Assembly: GCA_038062115.1 (NCBI GenBank)
Contig: JBBTXS010000007.1
Location: 5,448 to 69,447, forward strand
Origin: Patescibacteria group bacterium
Lineage (GTDB): Bacteria; Patescibacteriota; Microgenomatia; Levybacterales; UBA12049
Reading direction: 5' to 3'
DNA length: 64,000 nucleotides
Both the position numbers and the translations under genes were made by a program. Positions 17,857-28,130 of this stretch are shown here, piece by piece; the stretch's first letter is position 1; each line of letters begins with the position of its first letter. Below the pieces are notes generated by a model. The model had not been told where the DNA came from and did not search any database. It worked only from the letters and a program-made list of their open reading frames with translations.

Positions 17857-19149
17857 ATGACTATCACATTTATCGGTCATGGATATGTAGGACTTGTGTC
17901 AGCAGCAGCTTTTGCAGATTTGGGCAACACAGTTTGGGTAATTGGGCATACAAAAGAAAAGATTGAAAATCTTAAAAAAGGAATTCTTCCAATTTTTGAG
18001 CCAGGACTTGAAGAGATTGTTAAACGCAATATTAAACCAAAACGGCTAATTTTTACACTCGATTATACAAAAGCTATCCCTTCTTCTAGTGTTGTTTTTA
18101 TAGCTGTTGGTACTCCTCCAAAAACTAATGGCGAAGCAGATTTATCGATTGTATTTAAGGTAGCAGAAAAAATTGGAAGAAATCTTGGTAAATACACTGT
18201 TGTTGCAACAAAAAGCACTGTGCCAGTTGGGACAAATAAAAAAATAAAAAAAATTATTGCAGAAGCTATGCCAAAAAACGCAGATTTTGATATAGCCTCT
18301 ATTCCTGAATTTTTGCGAGAAGGACAGGCAATCTCCGACACGCTTCACCCAGATAGGATCGTAATAGGAACAGATTCCCAGAAAGCACTAGACATTTTGT
18401 TGGAATTGCACAAGCCGATTAATAGTAATAATGTTTTAACAAATATAGAGACAGCAGAAATGATTAAATATGCTGCAAACTCATTTCTTGCAACAAAGAT
18501 TTCATTTGCTAATGCTATTGCGCATTTATGCGAACTAACAGATGCAGATGGATTAAAAGTATTAGAAGGAATTGGATTTGATAAAAGAATTGGAAGCTCC
18601 TTTCTTAAACCTGGGGCTGGATTTGGAGGAAGTTGTTTTCCAAAAGACTTAAAAGCATTAATTGCGATTGCGAAAAAACAAGGTTACGATTTTGAACTTC
18701 TTAAAACAGTAGAAAAAATTAATTGTATGGCAACGGTAAATATTGTAACTAAAGCACGAAGACTTCTAGGCGGAAGCATTGAGAGGAAAACAATCGGAGT
18801 TTTGGGACTATCATTTAAGCCTGATACAGATGACATGAGAGATGCGCCATCAATAACAGTAATTAAAAAGCTTCAGGAAAGCAAAGCTATTATAAAAGGA
18901 TATGACCCAATTGCAATTAATAACGCTAAAAAGATTTTAAAAAATGTTGAATTTTGCAATGATTCTTATTCGGTTGCTAAAGATAGCGATATTTTGATTA
19001 TCATGACGGAATGGAATGAGTTTAGACAACTTGATTTACAAAAAATAAAAAACCTTATGAAAAAACCTATACTTCTTGATGGAAGAAACATATATGATCC
19101 TCAAACCGCCTCTCGAATTGGATTCACTTATATAGGAGTTGGACGATGA
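17857..19149 (+). CDS. ugd: UDP-glucose 6-dehydrogenase
   Basis: GHGYVGLVSAAAFADLG Rossmann start and the catalytic GFGGSCFPKD. Confidence 0.9.
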   Translation: MTITFIGHGYVGLVSAAAFADLGNTVWVIGHTKEKIENLKKGILPIFEPGLEEIVKRNIKPKRLIFTLDYTKAIPSSSVVFIAVGTPPKTNGEADLSIVFKVAEKIGRNLGKYTVVATKSTVPVGTNKKIKKIIAEAMPKNADFDIASIPEFLREGQAISDTLHPDRIVIGTDSQKALDILLELHKPINSNNVLTNIETAEMIKYAANSFLATKISFANAIAHLCELTDADGLKVLEGIGFDKRIGSSFLKPGAGFGGSCFPKDLKALIAIAKKQGYDFELLKTVEKINCMATVNIVTKARRLLGGSIERKTIGVLGLSFKPDTDDMRDAPSITVIKKLQESKAIIKGYDPIAINNAKKILKNVEFCNDSYSVAKDSDILIIMTEWNEFRQLDLQKIKNLMKKPILLDGRNIYDPQTASRIGFTYIGVGR

Positions 19150-20105
19150 AAAGAGTTCTTATCACTGGTATTACCGGATTTGCGGGTAGTCATCTTGCAG
19201 AATATTTATGTTCTAAAAAAGAATACGAGATTAGTGGAACATATTTATTGAATAAAAGCTTAGAGAATGTAGACGCAATAAGAGACAAGATACATCTTAT
19301 AAAAGTAGATTTAACAAACGCAAAAAAAGTATTAGAGCTGGTAGAAATAACAAAGCCAGATTTAGTTTTCAATATGGCTGGTTTGCCGTCTACAGCAGAT
19401 AGTTTTAAAAACCCAGCAGAGACGTTAATAAATAATATCTCTTTAGAAATAAATTTATTATCTGCAATAAAAGAGAATAAATTGCTAGATGCAAAGATTT
19501 TAATTATATCTTCGGCAGAGATATATGGACTGGTTAAAAAAGAAGATTTACCTATTGACGAGGAAACAAGACTCATGCCTACTAGTCCTTACTCTGTTTC
19601 TAAAATTGCACAGGATTTTTTGGGACTTCAATATTTTTTGTCTTACAATTTAAAAATAATTAGAGTAAGACCGTTTAATCATATAGGTCCTAGGCAATCA
19701 TCGCATTTTGTTGTAGCAGCAATAGCAAAAAAAATAGCAGAAATAGAAAAGGGAAAGAGAAAACCGATTTTGGCTGTTGGAAATCTTGAATCAAAGAGAG
19801 ATTTTACAGATGTAAGAGATATGGTTCGTGCTTATGCTATTACGCTTGAAAAAGGACAGTTGGGACAAGTTTATAATATAGGATCTGGCGTATCGCATAG
19901 AATTTACGATATATTGCATAAATTGCTTTTGCAATCCAGAGCAAAGATAACGGTGAAAAGTGATAAATCTTTATTTAGGCCGATAGATAATCCAGAATTA
20001 GTTTGTGATGCTAGTAAATTTAAAAGACTTACAAATTGGAAACCCGAGATTGAGCTTGCCGTTACTCTTAAAGATACGCTAGATTATTGGAGAAATATAG
20101 TTTAA
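19146..20105 (+). CDS. NAD-dependent sugar epimerase/reductase (GDP-4-dehydro-6-deoxy-D-mannose reductase-like)
   Basis: MKRVLITGITGFAGSHL, SPYSVSK. Adjacent to gmd. Confidence 0.7.
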   Translation: MKRVLITGITGFAGSHLAEYLCSKKEYEISGTYLLNKSLENVDAIRDKIHLIKVDLTNAKKVLELVEITKPDLVFNMAGLPSTADSFKNPAETLINNISLEINLLSAIKENKLLDAKILIISSAEIYGLVKKEDLPIDEETRLMPTSPYSVSKIAQDFLGLQYFLSYNLKIIRVRPFNHIGPRQSSHFVVAAIAKKIAEIEKGKRKPILAVGNLESKRDFTDVRDMVRAYAITLEKGQLGQVYNIGSGVSHRIYDILHKLLLQSRAKITVKSDKSLFRPIDNPELVCDASKFKRLTNWKPEIELAVTLKDTLDYWRNIV

Positions 20106-20114
20106 TATAAATAT

Positions 20115-21083
20115 ATGAAAAGAGCGTTGATCACTGGAATAACTGGACAAGATGGATCGTATTTAGCAGAGTTGTTATTATCAAAAGGATACAAAGTATA
20201 TGGTTTAACTAGAAGAACTAGCACGGTTAATAACGAAAGAATTGCACATATTGAAGACAAAATAGAACTTATCCAAGGAGATTTACTAGATCAAAGTTCT
20301 CTTTCCTCAGCTCTGGTTGCGTCTATGCCGGACGAAGTGTATAACCTAGCTGCACAATCTTTTGTCCGAACCTCTTGGAATCAGCCAGTTTTAACAGGGG
20401 AATTTACTGCGCTTGGAGTAACAAGGCTTTTGGAGGCAATTCGAGTAGTAAATCCCAAAATAAAATTTTACCAAGCATCGTCATCGGAAATGTTTGGAAA
20501 AGTAACAGAGAGTCCCCAAAAAGAAACGACACGCTTTCATCCAAGAAGCCCCTATGGCGTGGCAAAAGTTTATGGTCATTATATTACCGTTAACTACAGA
20601 GAAAGTTTTGATCTTTTTGCTTGTTCGGGAATTCTTTTTAACCACGAGTCTCCTAGACGCGGGCTAGAATTTGTTACCAGAAAAATAACTCATGCAGCAG
20701 CAAAAATTAGCTTGGGGCAACAGAAACAACTAGAACTTGGACCTCTTGAACCCAAAAGAGATTGGGGGTTTGCCGGAGATTATGTAGAGGCAATGTGGCT
20801 TATGCTGCAAAGACCTAAGGCTGACGATTACGTTATAGCAACAGGCGAGAACCACAGCGTTTTAGAGTTTGTTAAACTAGCTTTTAAGACAGTTGGGATA
20901 GACGATTGGAAAAAATATGTGGTAACAAATAAGCCCCAACATATGAGGCCCGCAGAAGTTGATTATTTGGTTGGGGATGCAAGTAAAGCAAGGAAGATTT
21001 TAAGCTGGAAACCAAAAACAAACTTTAAACAATTGGTAGAGATGATGGTGAAGGCAGACCTAGAAATGGAGAAAGATAGATAG
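20115..21083 (+). CDS. gmd: GDP-mannose 4,6-dehydratase
   Basis: [39 protein letters not shown] motifs. Confidence 0.9.
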   Translation: MKRALITGITGQDGSYLAELLLSKGYKVYGLTRRTSTVNNERIAHIEDKIELIQGDLLDQSSLSSALVASMPDEVYNLAAQSFVRTSWNQPVLTGEFTALGVTRLLEAIRVVNPKIKFYQASSSEMFGKVTESPQKETTRFHPRSPYGVAKVYGHYITVNYRESFDLFACSGILFNHESPRRGLEFVTRKITHAAAKISLGQQKQLELGPLEPKRDWGFAGDYVEAMWLMLQRPKADDYVIATGENHSVLEFVKLAFKTVGIDDWKKYVVTNKPQHMRPAEVDYLVGDASKARKILSWKPKTNFKQLVEMMVKADLEMEKDR

Positions 21084-21086
21084 GAT

Positions 21087-21257
21087 ATGCAAACTGTGGT
21101 TGTAGCAGGTGGCGCTGGATTTATAGGGTCTTCTTTATGCAAGTCGCTTCTCACCGATGGATATCAAGTTGTATGTATAGATAATCTAATCACAGGCGAT
21201 AAAAGGAATATTCAAGAGTTATTAAAAAATCCTCATTTAAACTATAGAATATTTTAA
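21087..21257 (+). pseudogene. N-terminal fragment of a UXS-like short-chain dehydrogenase (56 codons)
   Basis: Own translation MQTVVVAGGAGFIGSSLCKSLLTDGYQVVCIDNLITGDKRNIQELLKNPHLNYRIF*. This is only the Rossmann start of a normally ~310-aa enzyme. Confidence 0.5.
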
Positions 21258-21269
21258 GAATACAAGTAT

Positions 21270-22436
21270 ATGAAAGTTGTAATAATAATTCCTACATATA
21301 ACGAAAAGGGTAATATAGAACGTTTGATTGAGATTTTGGAAAATAAGATTTTTCCAACAATTAGAAATCACGACATGAATATATTAGTTGTAGATGATAA
21401 TTCACCTGATGGGACAGATAACGAGGTTAGAAAATTAATGAGGAAGTGGAAAAATATCAATATTATTCAAGGCGAAAAACATGGCTTAGGAGAAGCTTAC
21501 GTAAGGGGAATGACTTTTGCAAGCCAAAATTTGGGAGCAGAAATTATGTTTGAAATGGATGCCGACCTCTCCCATGATCCTAATAAAATTCCAGAATTTC
21601 TAAAAAACATAGAAGATGGTTATGATATGGCAATTGGGACACGGTACAGTGGAGGTGGTTCAATTCCCTCGAATTGGGGCTTAAGTAGAAAGCTTTTCTC
21701 AATTTTTGGAAACCTGCTAGTAAGAGCTATACTCATGCGCTTTAAAATTCACGACTGGACAGGAGGGTTTAGGGCAATGCGAAAAGAAGTATTTTTGAAA
21801 GAAAAAAATGAACTCACAGCATTTAGAGGATACACATTTCAAGTTTCTTTTTTGCATAAAATAGTTAGAGACGGCTTTAAAATTGCAGAAGTACCAATTC
21901 ACTTTACAGACAGAACCTTAGGTCGATCAAAAATTGCACCAAAAGAATACATTATAGATCTTCTTAAATATATAATTATTGCCCGCACGATAGAACTTAT
22001 TCATTCGCCATTTCTAAAATATGCAATTACTGGTTTTACTGGATATGTTATTAATGCTGTGGCTCTTGAAATTTTTAAAAGTAAATTAGGCTTTCACTCG
22101 GGTCTTGCAGCATCAAGTGGTGCCGAAATGTCAATTATCTGGAATTTTCTTGTAAATAATTTCTGGAGTTTCTCATCCCAAAGAATAAAATCGAGAGTTA
22201 AGTTTTTTTATAAGTTTTTACAGTTTAATTTAATTTCGTTTGGCTCACTTGTTATTATCGGGGTGGTTGTTAGTATTGGCACTCATTTATTTGGTGATAT
22301 TGGAATTATTAGACAAATATTTCTAGTTGTTGCAATAGGTTTAGTAATTCCATATAGCTATACAATGTATAATATATTTATATGGAAAAGGTGGCGCATT
22401 TCTTTGCTGACAAAACTCCAAGCAGCACTTGGATAA
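21270..22436 (+). CDS. polyprenol-phosphate mannose synthase-like GT2 fused to a GtrA-like membrane domain
   Basis: IIIPTYNE, VVDDNSPDGT, EMDADLSHDP. C-terminal 4-TM GtrA-like region. Confidence 0.8.
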   Translation: MKVVIIIPTYNEKGNIERLIEILENKIFPTIRNHDMNILVVDDNSPDGTDNEVRKLMRKWKNINIIQGEKHGLGEAYVRGMTFASQNLGAEIMFEMDADLSHDPNKIPEFLKNIEDGYDMAIGTRYSGGGSIPSNWGLSRKLFSIFGNLLVRAILMRFKIHDWTGGFRAMRKEVFLKEKNELTAFRGYTFQVSFLHKIVRDGFKIAEVPIHFTDRTLGRSKIAPKEYIIDLLKYIIIARTIELIHSPFLKYAITGFTGYVINAVALEIFKSKLGFHSGLAASSGAEMSIIWNFLVNNFWSFSSQRIKSRVKFFYKFLQFNLISFGSLVIIGVVVSIGTHLFGDIGIIRQIFLVVAIGLVIPYSYTMYNIFIWKRWRISLLTKLQAALG

Positions 22437-23935
22437 GCGGGATTTTACTTTTGGCTTCATTTCTGCGTCTGTATAGAATCCAAGACTATCTGACCTTTTT
22501 GGGAGATGAGGGGCGCGATGTTTTGGTTGTATACAAGATCTTGCATGGCCAACCAACGCTTCTTGGTCCGACTGCCTCTGTAGGAGGATTTTTCTTAGGT
22601 CCTATTTATTACTACCTAATGACTCCTTTTCTTTGGCTTTCTAATTATAATCCAGTTGGTCCTGCAGTGATGGTAGCATTTTTTGGAGTTGCTACAGTTT
22701 TTCTTGTTTATAAGATTGGAAGTGAATTTTTTAATAAGGGCGTTGGGTTGATTACAGCTTTTTTATACAGCATTTCTCCCCTTGTTATCGCGCATTCTCG
22801 TTCGTCTTGGAATCCCAATCTTATGCCCTTTTTTTCGCTTCTTACGCTTTATATTCTCTATAAAGCAATAAGCAAGAATAGTCTTAAATTGTTTATTTTT
22901 TGTGGAATTTTACTTGGAATTACTATGCAGATTCATTATCTAGCAACTTTTTTAGGCGTCATAATCGCAATATACGTTTTGCTATCAAGGAGTATCCTTG
23001 TACAAGGATACTCCTTGCAAAAAACAATAGTTAGAGCTTTAAAAGATTATTTTTATATTTTAGTAGGATTTATAATAGGATGGTCTCCATTTTTGGCATT
23101 TGAGGTTAGACACGGTTTTCCAAATATACAAAGCATTTTATCTTTTGTGTTTTCATCAAAAGACGCAGGAGCCAATAACCATTTTTTTCAAACGATTTAC
23201 GATGTTTTTTTTCGTCTTTTTGGTAGGCTTGTAACTTATTTTCCTCCGCCCGAACAAGTGGCAATCGACGCTCACAAAAATATCACACTTTGGTATTACG
23301 CAACATTGGCTTTAGGAATTGCAAGTTTGGTTGCAGTCCTTCGCTCAAGAAATAATCCTGCGAGAACACTTCTTATGACTTGGTTTATCTTAGGGGTCGG
23401 GCTTTTTGGATTTTACAAAAAATCCATTTATGATTATTACTTTGGTTTTATGTTTCCATTGCCTTTTATTCTTGTTGGCATTTTTCTTTCAAGCTTATAT
23501 AAAACTAGAATTGGAAAGATTTTGACCATAAGCATTTTTGTGGGTTTGACTTTGATTAATCTTAAAGGAATTCCGTTTCAATTCATTCCCAACAGACAAC
23601 TTGCCCAAGTTGAGGGAATTTCAAAATTTGTGATTGAGAAGACGGATAACAAGCCATTTAATTTTGCTCTGATCACTGGTGGAAATTCTGATCACGCATA
23701 CCGTTATTTTTTTACAGTTTGGGGTAAATCGCCTATAACAATAGAAAATCCTAAAAAAGATCCAGAAAGAAAAACAGTTGCAAATCAATTGCTTATTGTC
23801 TGCGAAGTTAACCCCTGTCATCCGCTTGGCAATTCTCTTTGGGAAGTTGCTGGGTTTGGAAGGGGGGAAATAGAGAGCCAATGGGACGTATCAGTAGTGA
23901 AGGTTTATAAACTAAGACACTATAAAGGAAATTAA
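22382..23935 (+). CDS. GT39/ArnT-like membrane glycosyltransferase
   Basis: 517 aa, polytopic. N-terminal RLYRIQDYLTFLGDEGRD loop is typical of PMT_2-type enzymes. Overlaps the upstream gene by 55 nt. Confidence 0.7.
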   Translation: MEKVAHFFADKTPSSTWISGILLLASFLRLYRIQDYLTFLGDEGRDVLVVYKILHGQPTLLGPTASVGGFFLGPIYYYLMTPFLWLSNYNPVGPAVMVAFFGVATVFLVYKIGSEFFNKGVGLITAFLYSISPLVIAHSRSSWNPNLMPFFSLLTLYILYKAISKNSLKLFIFCGILLGITMQIHYLATFLGVIIAIYVLLSRSILVQGYSLQKTIVRALKDYFYILVGFIIGWSPFLAFEVRHGFPNIQSILSFVFSSKDAGANNHFFQTIYDVFFRLFGRLVTYFPPPEQVAIDAHKNITLWYYATLALGIASLVAVLRSRNNPARTLLMTWFILGVGLFGFYKKSIYDYYFGFMFPLPFILVGIFLSSLYKTRIGKILTISIFVGLTLINLKGIPFQFIPNRQLAQVEGISKFVIEKTDNKPFNFALITGGNSDHAYRYFFTVWGKSPITIENPKKDPERKTVANQLLIVCEVNPCHPLGNSLWEVAGFGRGEIESQWDVSVVKVYKLRHYKGN

Positions 23936-24342
23936 TATTTCTAAAAGTATGCTACTACATAGTGACATACTTTAGCAAAATATTTATAGATACAAATATG
24001 AGTTTAGCTTTAAAAGACGACTCAGTATCAAAAAGTCGCTGTAGATAGTAGCGATGAGGAGAATACAGGAATAGAAAAATTACCAAAAGCAAGAAAACGC
24101 AAACAATAGTTAAATGATCAAATCATTGAACCATACTCCGCGTCATTCTGAGGATTCGCCAGATGACGGATCGCTTGCAATGGCAAATTTAAGCCTAAAG
24201 TACAGCGCTATGTAGTAATGGACTTTAGCGTAAATCCAAAGCTTCTGCAACCTCATTACATCAATCTGCTATAGCATGTTATTGTACAGACAGAAAACAA
24301 AAGAATTTAGGCTTTCTTCTCGTGTTATAATTACCTAAAGAT

Positions 24343-25098
24343 GTGAAAATAAAGTTTGTTACGCTAAATATTTGGGAAGGTGGGAAATTATTTGATTCTG
24401 TTACCTCTTTTATAAAAAAAGAAGATTCAGATATTATCGTAATGCAGGAGGTGAAAAATGGCAGAAATCCTAATTTTGAAAAGAATTCTAGAACAATGGA
24501 TGCTTTTAAGGAGGACTTAAAATATCCTTATTTTGTTTTTTCTCCAGCATTTCTCAATAAACTGTCTGTAGGCGATGTTGACGAAGGGAATGCAATATTT
24601 TCAAGATTTCCAATTGTCAGCAACAATGTTACATTTTTTGATAATCAATATGGTGAGTTTAATAGTCTAGATTCAAAATATTTTGAACTTATTCCAGGTA
24701 TCCTTCAGCATGCAGTAATTGAAATTGAGAATTTGAAGCTTAATATTTTTAATGCGCACGGGATTTGGGGATTTGATGGAAGAGATAATGAAAGGCGTTT
24801 GAAAATGAGCGAAACAATTGTTAATAAAATTAAAGATAAAGAAAATGTTGTTTTGGCTGGAGATTTTAATATACAACCCAACACAAAAACAATACAAAAT
24901 ATCGAGCACCATCTCAAAAATGTGTTTAAAGATGAATTAGCCACAACGTTTAACATGACGCGAAAGATTAACGGTGGTTATGCAAAAGCAGTAGTTGATA
25001 TGGTTTTTGTGAGCAAAAATATAAAGGTCCAAGAGCATTTTTGTCCAAATGTCGATATCTCTGATCATTTGCCCCTTGTTTGTACCCTAGAGCTATAA
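24343..25098 (+). CDS. endonuclease/exonuclease/phosphatase (EEP) family protein
   Basis: VTLNIWEG...IIVMQEV...GDFN...SDHLPL motifs. Confidence 0.75.
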   Translation: MKIKFVTLNIWEGGKLFDSVTSFIKKEDSDIIVMQEVKNGRNPNFEKNSRTMDAFKEDLKYPYFVFSPAFLNKLSVGDVDEGNAIFSRFPIVSNNVTFFDNQYGEFNSLDSKYFELIPGILQHAVIEIENLKLNIFNAHGIWGFDGRDNERRLKMSETIVNKIKDKENVVLAGDFNIQPNTKTIQNIEHHLKNVFKDELATTFNMTRKINGGYAKAVVDMVFVSKNIKVQEHFCPNVDISDHLPLVCTLEL

Positions 25099-25103
25099 AA
25101 AGT

Positions 25104-25135
25104 AAAAACCCCTGGACTTTACAGCAGGGGTTTTT
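25104..25135. terminator. bidirectional intrinsic terminator
   Basis: AAAAA-CCCCTG-(10 nt)-CAGGGG-TTTTT between convergent genes 24343..25098 (+) and 25168..25311 (-). Confidence 0.7.
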
Positions 25136-25167
25136 ATTGGTGAAGGATATTTGTCCTTCGGAGAATA

Positions 25168-25311
25168 TTAGGCTTTCCCAATCTTGTACATTCCAGTACC
25201 ACAAACTGGGCACTTTCCCTTCATTGCTGGTTTGCCATTTTTCATGGTAACCGCTTGAGCATTTGGATCTTCTCTTTTTGCTCTGCATTTAACGCAATAC
25301 ATGGATGCCAT
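25168..25311 (-). CDS. small zinc-ribbon protein (47 aa, DUF5679-like), absent from the ORF track
   Basis: Own translation MASMYCVKCRAKREDPNAQAVTMKNGKPAMKGKCPVCGTGMYKIGKA* with CxxC...CxxC. The terminator lies downstream. Confidence 0.55.
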   Translation of the reverse strand: MASMYCVKCRAKREDPNAQAVTMKNGKPAMKGKCPVCGTGMYKIGKA

Positions 25312-25321
25312 ACTTTTATTT

Positions 25322-25421
25322 CACCCCCTTTCACCCCGCGAAGCTACGTTCAGCTTCATGAACGTAGCGAAGTGGGGCTTCGCTTTCAGCTTCGGTGGAC
25401 AAGTCGGGGAACAAGCCCCCT
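25322..25421. repeat. GC-rich palindromic element related to the hairpin-repeat family
   Basis: CCCCGCGAAGCTACGTTC-agcttcat-GAACGTAGCGAAGTGGGG, followed by GCTTCGCTTTCAGCTTCGG. Shares the GTAGCGAAG theme with copy 6378..6447. Confidence 0.5.
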
Positions 25422-25720
25422 CAATAACTCAGCATTGGTAGTACTATCATTTTATTTTTCAAAATAACAAAAAGAATAAGTTGCACAGCAATAATAGATA
25501 TTGTTAAAATTCCAGTTTTTAAAATATCGTGCAATAGGTAAGGGTATTTATTTACGCTTGTAATTGAAATTGAATCATTTTTCATTTCGGAAAAAGCTTT
25601 GGTATTTAAAGAAGGAATATTTTTGCTATCGAAACCGCGTCTGACGCGGTCCAAACCGTAAAACTTATGGCGAAGATCGGCAATCTTTTTCTGTTCTAAA
25701 GTTTTTCTGTGTTTAGCCAT
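25421..25720 (-). CDS. hypothetical protein with C-terminal TM
   Basis: ORF track 99 aa. Basic N-terminus and a hydrophobic C-terminus. Confidence 0.4.
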   Translation of the reverse strand: MAKHRKTLEQKKIADLRHKFYGLDRVRRGFDSKNIPSLNTKAFSEMKNDSISITSVNKYPYLLHDILKTGILTISIIAVQLILFVILKNKMIVLPMLSY

Positions 25721-25779
25721 TTCAATATTGCTTAGACTACACTATTGACACAAAGCTGTCAAGAGGCTAGTATAATTTT

Positions 25780-26256
25780 ATGATGCTCAATTTAGAATTT
25801 GTTGCATTTGTGGCTATCGTTATTTGGATTCTTATTCTTTCTATAATTTTGTGGAAAGCGCTATCGCATTATAATAAATTAACAAAAGGACTCACAAATA
25901 AAGGACTTAAGTCAGTACTTGAAAATATTATAAAAGATGTAAATCAGAGAAAATTAGATATTGATTACTTAAAAACATATTGTGATACAATACAAAAAGA
26001 AGGGCTTTTGCATATCCAAAAAATTGGGCTTTTACGCTTTAACCCTTTTAAAGATACGGGAGGGAATCAAAGTTTTATATTGTCTTTAGTAGATGGTGAA
26101 GATACAGGAGTAATAATCTCTGGGCTTTATTCGCGTTCGGGCACAAGATGGTATGCCAAGAGAATAGTAAAAGGTAAGGCTTTGGAGCATGAATTATCCG
26201 AGGAGGAGAAAACAGCTCTGGAAATAGCACGTAAACCGCGTACAATAAGGGATTAA
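25780..26256 (+). CDS. DUF4446 family protein
   Basis: N-terminal TM. GLLRFNPFKDTGGNQSFILSLVDGEDTGVIISGLYSR pattern. Confidence 0.65.
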   Translation: MMLNLEFVAFVAIVIWILILSIILWKALSHYNKLTKGLTNKGLKSVLENIIKDVNQRKLDIDYLKTYCDTIQKEGLLHIQKIGLLRFNPFKDTGGNQSFILSLVDGEDTGVIISGLYSRSGTRWYAKRIVKGKALEHELSEEEKTALEIARKPRTIRD

Positions 26257-26268
26257 TAGCGTGAATTT

Positions 26269-27450
26269 ATGGGAAATAAGAAATCTATAGGTATTATTAT
26301 ACTGTTGGTTGTTATTTATATTATTTCATCAGCTACTTCATATGCATTATTCTCGCAAGGAAAAAATGCTAAAGCACAAAATGCTCAAGTGCCTAGCCCA
26401 TCAACTGCAACCAACGCAAAGGATAGTAAGGTAGTGTTTAACCAAACTCTTCCAAAAACAGAAGCCTGTCCACTAAACGGTGCTCTTTATTCTAGTCCAC
26501 AAAGAGAGTGGTGGGAAAAACATAGACCATTGGGAGTAATGATAGAGAATCACAAAGAAGCACGTTCTCAATCGGGACTATCTTTTGCAGATGTTATTTA
26601 TGAGGCAGTGGCAGAGGGAGGAATTACAAGATTTTTGGCTATGTATTACTGTCAAGATGCAGGCACTATAGGACCTATTAGGAGCGCACGGACTTACTTT
26701 ATAGATTTTGTTTCCGAATATGGTAGTGATCCTTTGTACGTGCATGTAGGGGGAGCAAATACGCCTGGCCCTGCTAATGCACTGGGACAAATTAATGATT
26801 ATGGGTGGACTGGATATAACGATATAAATCAGTTTTCGATAGGGTTCCCTACATTTTGGAGAGATTATGATAGATTGGGTCATCCTGCTGCAACAGAACA
26901 TACAATGTACTCAACAACAGAAAAACTTTGGAAATTTGCCACTACACGCGGTCTAACAAATGTTGGTAAAGATGAAACACCTTGGACAAAAGGTTTTGTC
27001 CCTTATGCGTTTAAAGATGATGTCTTCTTATCAGAGCTCCCAAAAAAGCAGACTGTTCACCTTGAGTTTTGGTCAAGAGACCCAGATTATTATGTTGATT
27101 GGATCTTTGATCCATCTACTAATTTGTATAAACGAAATAATGGTAAAGTTGTCCATATAGATCGCGATAATAATCAGACCTTGACTACAAAAAATATTGT
27201 TGTATTATTTATGCAGCAATATAACGCAAATGATGGGTACGAAGACAATGTTCATCTTTTGTATAAAGATAAAGGAGTAGGTAAAGCTATAGTGTTTATG
27301 GATGGAACAAGGATTGATGGTACATGGAGAAAAGATAAGAGAGTCTCAAGAACTCTTCTTTTCGACTCAAACGGTACTCCAATAAAATTTAATAAGGGAA
27401 CTATCTGGTTTAGCATCCTGCCCACAGATGGTATAGTGACCGTTCAATGA
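26269..27450 (+). CDS. DUF3048 domain protein
   Basis: RPLGVMIENHKEARSQSGLSFADVIYEAVAEGGITRFLAMY pattern. N-terminal TM. Confidence 0.65.
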   Translation: MGNKKSIGIIILLVVIYIISSATSYALFSQGKNAKAQNAQVPSPSTATNAKDSKVVFNQTLPKTEACPLNGALYSSPQREWWEKHRPLGVMIENHKEARSQSGLSFADVIYEAVAEGGITRFLAMYYCQDAGTIGPIRSARTYFIDFVSEYGSDPLYVHVGGANTPGPANALGQINDYGWTGYNDINQFSIGFPTFWRDYDRLGHPAATEHTMYSTTEKLWKFATTRGLTNVGKDETPWTKGFVPYAFKDDVFLSELPKKQTVHLEFWSRDPDYYVDWIFDPSTNLYKRNNGKVVHIDRDNNQTLTTKNIVVLFMQQYNANDGYEDNVHLLYKDKGVGKAIVFMDGTRIDGTWRKDKRVSRTLLFDSNGTPIKFNKGTIWFSILPTDGIVTVQ

Positions 27451-27554
27451 AGAGGATTAGACCTCTCTTCATATAAATGAAGAATTTAAGTATTCTTTAT
27501 TATTATTTCATCTTAGTGCTATAATACGAAATAACAATAACTAAGGGGTAGGAT

Positions 27555-28130
27555 ATGTTTTCTGATTTAATTACATCGAAGTCTCGGGTAAAATTACTTG
27601 ATGTTTTTCTTGTAGATCCTTTAGAAATGTACCACGTGAGAGAGTTTGTGCGTAGGACAGATGATGAGATTAACGCTGTAAGACGAGAACTTTTGTTTTT
27701 GGAAAAGAAAGGAATTTTAGCAAAAGAAGCACGGGGAAATAGAGTCTATTATTCATTGTCAAAAAATTATCCATTTTATTTCGATTTGCTAAGATTAGGA
27801 GCAAAAACCGTAGGGCTAGGCAGAGAAGTATTAAAAAATCGAGCTAAGATCGGCAAAATAAAATATGCAATGTTTTCTGGGAGATTTGCTAGACGTCTTA
27901 AAAAAGAACCAAATCATGTAGATTTTTTGATAGTTGGAGTGGTGGTTTTGCCGGAACTTGCTCTTTTAATAAGAGAGGAAGAAAAAAGATTGAATACAGA
28001 AATTAATTATACAGTTATGACTGAGGAAGAATTTTCTTTTAGGAAGAAGAAAAGAGACCCTTTTATTCTATCTATTTTAAGCGGCTCAAGAATTATGTTA
28101 TTGGGAGATGAAGAAAGCATGCTTGCATGA
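27555..28130 (+). CDS. winged-helix regulator-like protein with C-terminal nucleotidyltransferase-like fold
   Basis: SRVKLLDVFLVDPLEMYHVREFVRRTDDEINAVRRELLFLEKKGIL is wHTH-like. Overlaps the secD start. Confidence 0.5.
   Translation: MFSDLITSKSRVKLLDVFLVDPLEMYHVREFVRRTDDEINAVRRELLFLEKKGILAKEARGNRVYYSLSKNYPFYFDLLRLGAKTVGLGREVLKNRAKIGKIKYAMFSGRFARRLKKEPNHVDFLIVGVVVLPELALLIREEEKRLNTEINYTVMTEEEFSFRKKKRDPFILSILSGSRIMLLGDEESMLA

Noticed and set aside
23952-24218. 11-bp inverted match CTACTACATAG / CTATGTAGTAA, each followed by ACTTTAGC, in the 400-bp gap before the EEP gene
   Set aside because: The match is short, AT-rich and isolated. The enclosed DNA has no convincing ORF or structure. It is probably decayed sequence around a degenerate hairpin repeat.
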